DNA from: an uncultured Methanosarcinales archaeon
Lineage (GTDB): Archaea; Nanobdellota; Nanobdellia; Woesearchaeales; JABMPP01
DNA length: 20,000 nucleotides
NCBI GenBank assembly: GCA_964604995.1
Contig: CAZSAD010000001.1
Location: forward strand, 107,231-127,230
Direction: 5' to 3'
Position 1 is the first letter of the stretch. Each line of letters starts with the position of its first letter. Under the pieces are notes generated by a model. The model saw only the letters and a program-made list of their open reading frames with translations. It made no database searches and had not been told where the DNA came from. A program made the position numbers and the translations under genes. Shown piece by piece: positions 16,227 to 20,000 of this stretch.

Positions 16227-17330
16227 ATGAAAATAATTACAAATGATAAATCAAATAAAGATGAATATTTTATGAGTATTGCTCTTAAATTAGCGCAAAA
16301 ATCAAGGCCTTCTCCAAATCCTAGAGTTGGAGCAGTAATTGTAAAAGATGGTAAAATAATTGGTCAAGGATACCATAAAAAAGCAGGAACCAACCATGCT
16401 GAAATAAATGCAATAAATAATGCAAAGAAAAACGGATTTACTAATTTATCAAATTCGACAATGTATATAACTTTAGAACCTTGTTGCACATGGGGCAAAA
16501 CTTCACCTTGTACTGATTCAATTTTAAGGGAAAAAATAAAACATGTTGTAATCTCAACCATTGATCCAAATCCTAATGTTGCTGGTAAAAGTTTAGTTCT
16601 TCTTTTAAAAAAAGGTGTTAAAATAACAAGTGGTATTTTAGAAAAACAAGCAGAAGAAATAAATGAAGGTTATAATCATTTTATCACAACAAAAAAGCCA
16701 TTAGTTGTTTTAAAAGCTGCGTTATCTGTAGATGGAAAAATTGCCTCAGTTACTGGCGAATCGAAATGGATAACAAATAAACATTCAAGAAAAATAGTAC
16801 ATCAAATGCGTTCAAAATACGATGCAATTTTAGTTGGCATTGGAACAGTTCTAAAAGATAATCCACATTTAACAAGCAGAATTAAAAATGGCATAAATTC
16901 AATAAGAATCATTTTAGATTCAACTCTTAAAATTCCACTTAATTCAAATGTTTTGTATGATAAAAATGTCTTAATTTTCACAACAAATAATTATAACAAA
17001 AAAAATAAAAAGTTTCTAGAACAAAAAGGAATTGCTGTTAAAATAGCAGGTAAAAACGCAATTGATTTAAAAAAAGTATTAACTGTTCTTGGTCAAATGG
17101 GAATAACAAGTATTTTAATTGAAGGGGGCTCAAAAATTTATGATTCATTTTTGAAGCAAAAATTAGTAGATAAGGTAATCCTATTTACTGCGCCTCTAAT
17201 TATTGGCGGGAGCAATGCACCAAGTCTTCTTCAAACTGGCGCAAATACAATAAAAAGTTCAATAAAGCTGAAAAATGTCAGATACACTATTTTAGGGGAT
17301 AATATTCTTCTTGAAGGATATATTAAATAA
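16227..17330 (+). CDS. ribD: Bifunctional pyrimidine deaminase/reductase (bacterial-type RibD)
   Basis: PNPRVGAVIV, HAE, TLEPCC..GKTSPC, SVDGKIA..GESKWIT, GIGTVLKDNPHL, IEGGS. Confidence 0.96.
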   Translation: MKIITNDKSNKDEYFMSIALKLAQKSRPSPNPRVGAVIVKDGKIIGQGYHKKAGTNHAEINAINNAKKNGFTNLSNSTMYITLEPCCTWGKTSPCTDSILREKIKHVVISTIDPNPNVAGKSLVLLLKKGVKITSGILEKQAEEINEGYNHFITTKKPLVVLKAALSVDGKIASVTGESKWITNKHSRKIVHQMRSKYDAILVGIGTVLKDNPHLTSRIKNGINSIRIILDSTLKIPLNSNVLYDKNVLIFTTNNYNKKNKKFLEQKGIAVKIAGKNAIDLKKVLTVLGQMGITSILIEGGSKIYDSFLKQKLVDKVILFTAPLIIGGSNAPSLLQTGANTIKSSIKLKNVRYTILGDNILLEGYIK

Positions 17331-17408
17331 ATTTTTAATTTTGTTTCTTTAGTTTTATTTAAATAAATTTAGTAACAATTATAAACTTCAATATCAAATC
17401 ATTTTTTT

Positions 17409-17930
17409 ATGAATATACATCCATTATTTGTACACTTTCCAATAGCATTCATGATAATTTATGGTCTTTTAGAACTATTAAGATTTAAAAAATTAAACAA
17501 CTTGCCTTATTGGTTTTATATCAAAGCATCAATGGTTATTCTTGGTGCAATTTTTGGAATAATTGCAATATTTACTGGTGAGATGATAGAGGATATGTTT
17601 GAATCTGGTCCATATGGTAATGTCATGCGAACGCATTCTTTTTTTGCTAATTTATCAACTTGGATTTTTGCAATAATAGCATTATTTTACATTATTTTAT
17701 GGATAGAAAAACAAAAAATATTTGCCAAAGTTCCTGATAATTTTTTCAAGAAAATATTAGATGTGTTATTGGGAATTAGTCATTTTGTCATAAATACTTC
17801 TTTTGTTTTTATTATAGTATTAGCTGGTCTAATCGCAATTACAATAACTGGCGCATTAGGTGGTGCAATGGTTTATGGACCAGATGTTGATTTGGCAGTA
17901 TCATATATTTACCATCTATTTTTTCAATAG
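17409..17930 (+). CDS. DUF2231 family membrane protein (conserved His, possibly heme-binding)
   Basis: IHPLFVHFPIA start, TGE..., MRTH, ITGALGGAMVY; own TATA TTATAAAC at 17379-17386. Confidence 0.85.
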   Translation: MNIHPLFVHFPIAFMIIYGLLELLRFKKLNNLPYWFYIKASMVILGAIFGIIAIFTGEMIEDMFESGPYGNVMRTHSFFANLSTWIFAIIALFYIILWIEKQKIFAKVPDNFFKKILDVLLGISHFVINTSFVFIIVLAGLIAITITGALGGAMVYGPDVDLAVSYIYHLFFQ

Positions 17931-18171
17931 TTCAACAAACCTTTTATGACAACAGTAAAAGTTATTAGTCCAATTAATTGCTTTGATAAAACTAGAAGGG
18001 TATAAACATAGTTTACTATAATTATTTTAAAATTAGATTTTTAAAATTTTAGATCCGCAACCAAAAGCTATTTAAACTTAAGAAATAAAATATTTTATGT
18101 TGGGATTTTAAGTGATTGCTTTTGCAGTGTAGTACTATTGACAACTTGTTTAAAAGAGCAGAGTGTGAATA

Positions 18172-19434
18172 ATGAAACTGCAAACAACAATTACCATTTT
18201 TGTTAGATTCTTAATAATAATGGTCCCGATTTGCTTTGCATCTGAGATTAAACTTAGTTATGATGCAAATGGCAATTTAGTTTCTGGCGATGGATTTTTT
18301 AGAGAGTACAATGGCTTTAATCAATTATCCAAAATTTACAACGGAACAAATTCATCTGGTGTATTAATTGAAGAATTTATTTATCATCCAACAGAAGAAA
18401 GAGTGCTTGTAAAGAAAATCTATTACAACAACACCTTAAAGGAAACTATCTATTATGTCAGTCAAAACTTTGTCAGAGTTGTAAACTCGTCAGGAAGTTA
18501 TGATTTCACTTATGTTTATCATGAAGGACAATTTGTTGTGCAGTTAAATCCTGATGGGAGTAAATTATATTCGATGACAGACCATTTAGGAAGTACGAGT
18601 ATTATTACAAATTCATCTGCAAATGTTGTTGAGCAAACATTCTATGACCCTTATGGAGGAATTGTTTCTGGTGGAGATACTTCAAGGTTTGATTATGAAG
18701 CGAAAGAGTATGATAAAATAACAAAAGAAAATGACTTCCATTTCAGGACAGCAAAGCCAGAGATTGCAAGATTCACACAGCCAGATACATTGATACAGAA
18801 TGTTTACGACCCCCAAATGTTAAACAGATATGCATTTGAGAGAAATAATCCTTATAAGTATACTGACCCAAATGGACATATAAATACTGGACAGGCTTTT
18901 GTTGATGCTTGGCAAGAAACTTGGAGAGCACAGACAGATGACAACAAAATCAGTAACTTTCCTCAACGAGTTCTTGCTTTATATGTGGGTAAGGTGGAAC
19001 GACAGAAAGAAATAGAAGCAAACTTGCAACAAAAGTTAGTGAATAAATATTATCCCTATTATTATGATTCTAGTAACAACATTTTGTCTAGTAGGGATTA
19101 CAAACCATCAGAACCTCCTTCATTTGCAAAGCTCCAAAATCAAGAATTACAAAATGAAGTTAGTGTTGTAACTGACCAAAGTGGAAATTTGAAATATTTA
19201 TATGATGGGTACACATTTAATAGCAAAAACAACTTTGTTAGTTTTATGTATGGTCAAGGATTTAATAAAGGATTGGTTGAAAAAACAACAATAACAAAAG
19301 AAAAACAGGAAATTAGTAAGAATGTCCCAATAGGTTCTTCTCCAAGTAAGTTATATTACCAAAGTGCAATAAAGAGTCTTGGATGGGGTGGGACAACATT
19401 TGAAAAACTAGCTAAGAGTAAGGGAGTAATATAG
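18172..19434 (+). CDS. Short RHS repeat-associated core protein with signal peptide and unknown C-terminal domain
   Basis: YDANGNL, TDHLGS, YDPYG, RFTQPD, LNRYAFERNNPYKYTDPNG; hydrophobic N-terminus ending CFA. Confidence 0.9.
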   Translation: MKLQTTITIFVRFLIIMVPICFASEIKLSYDANGNLVSGDGFFREYNGFNQLSKIYNGTNSSGVLIEEFIYHPTEERVLVKKIYYNNTLKETIYYVSQNFVRVVNSSGSYDFTYVYHEGQFVVQLNPDGSKLYSMTDHLGSTSIITNSSANVVEQTFYDPYGGIVSGGDTSRFDYEAKEYDKITKENDFHFRTAKPEIARFTQPDTLIQNVYDPQMLNRYAFERNNPYKYTDPNGHINTGQAFVDAWQETWRAQTDDNKISNFPQRVLALYVGKVERQKEIEANLQQKLVNKYYPYYYDSSNNILSSRDYKPSEPPSFAKLQNQELQNEVSVVTDQSGNLKYLYDGYTFNSKNNFVSFMYGQGFNKGLVEKTTITKEKQEISKNVPIGSSPSKLYYQSAIKSLGWGGTTFEKLAKSKGVI

Positions 19435-19479
19435 TTTAAACCATAAAATATATAATCTATGAAAGGGGAGATTAATTGT

Positions 19480-19905
19480 ATGACAATCCAATTTAAAAAA
19501 TTGTTTTTTACATATTATCTAATTATTATATTAATCGCGCTGAATGATATTTACCTTACTTTTTCCAGATATAACTTTAAAAATGTGTATGAAACATATA
19601 CTGTTAAAGGTCTTTCTTTCCTTAACTATGTTATCTTTGGTTTTGCTGCGATCGCATTTATACTAAGCTTTGTGTTAATTATTCTAATTTACAAAAACAA
19701 AATGCCAAAAATAAATTTGATAGTCCCTTTTGCATATATATTTTATTACTTTATCTGGAGCTTTGTAATAACATATTTATTTATCAATTTTAGTCCTTAT
19801 GATTCTATAGATGCTATACAAATTATATCAAAATATGATATCATATTTTTTGTAATTAATGTTATTCTTCCCTCAATCTTTATTTTTATATTATTCAAAA
19901 AATAG
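19480..19905 (+). CDS. Small 4-TM membrane protein, candidate immunity protein
   Basis: Directly downstream of and co-oriented with the RHS gene; SD AAGGGGAG at 19463-19470 favours ATG 19480 over 19459. Confidence 0.7.
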   Translation: MTIQFKKLFFTYYLIIILIALNDIYLTFSRYNFKNVYETYTVKGLSFLNYVIFGFAAIAFILSFVLIILIYKNKMPKINLIVPFAYIFYYFIWSFVITYLFINFSPYDSIDAIQIISKYDIIFFVINVILPSIFIFILFKK

Positions 19906-20000
19906 CTAGTCTATTTACCTGTAGAATTAAATATCCCCTTTTTGTATCTTTCTAAGCTATTTTCCTAAGGAAACTGTTTATCGTCATTAACCGCAAGCTA

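Noticed and set aside
1790..16561. Short antisense or overlapping ORFs (1790-2020, 3359-3553, 4931-5158, 5283-5480, 5915-6130, 6727-6951, 7053-7370, 7081-7266, 10529-10735, 11880-12119, 12703-12963, 15229-15537, 15788-15985, 16364-16561)
   Set aside because: Shadow ORFs on the opposite strand of better-supported genes, with no recognisable motifs.
17409..17930. DUF2231 as a member of the riboflavin operon (for example a flavin transporter)
   Set aside because: It has its own TATA box after a T-rich tract, and nothing in the sequence links it to flavins.
18097..18111. Leaderless micro-ORF (MLGF*) in frame with the RHS gene, just after a TATA box at about 18069-18077
   Set aside because: Only four codons, with several stops before ATG 18172; cannot be distinguished from chance.
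19906..20000. Possible 3' end of a minus-strand gene or an IS end at the window edge
   Set aside because: Too short; no recognisable motif or paired terminal repeat in the window.

Overview
AT-rich archaeal chromosomal window from a draft or metagenome assembly, with two N-gaps (5485-5494, 10967-11066). Archaeal origin is supported by Dph2, a CTP-dependent riboflavin kinase/RbkR, archaeal-type riboflavin synthase, TATA boxes about 25 bp upstream of leaderless starts, and GGTGA/GGAGG Shine-Dalgarno sites. The gene repertoire suggests a DPANN lineage such as Woesearchaeota (inference). Contents in order: a stand-alone CARF-wHTH regulator; an envelope/redox block (CxxC membrane protein, CupA-like cupredoxin, bacterial-type Lgt, membrane-anchored triple thioredoxin, DsbA with a shifted CxxC); SufS; an N-terminally truncated Dph2; a multi-PEGA lipoprotein carrying a mucin CysD/WxxW-like cysteine-rich domain; SufT, SppA and RDD; a hybrid archaeal/bacterial riboflavin operon (rbkR-ribC-ribH-ribA-ribD, no ribB); DUF2231; and a signal-peptide-bearing mini-RHS protein followed by a small membrane protein (candidate toxin/immunity pair). 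No rRNA, tRNA, CRISPR array or intact mobile element was recognised. All family calls come from motif recognition by eye; no database search was run.
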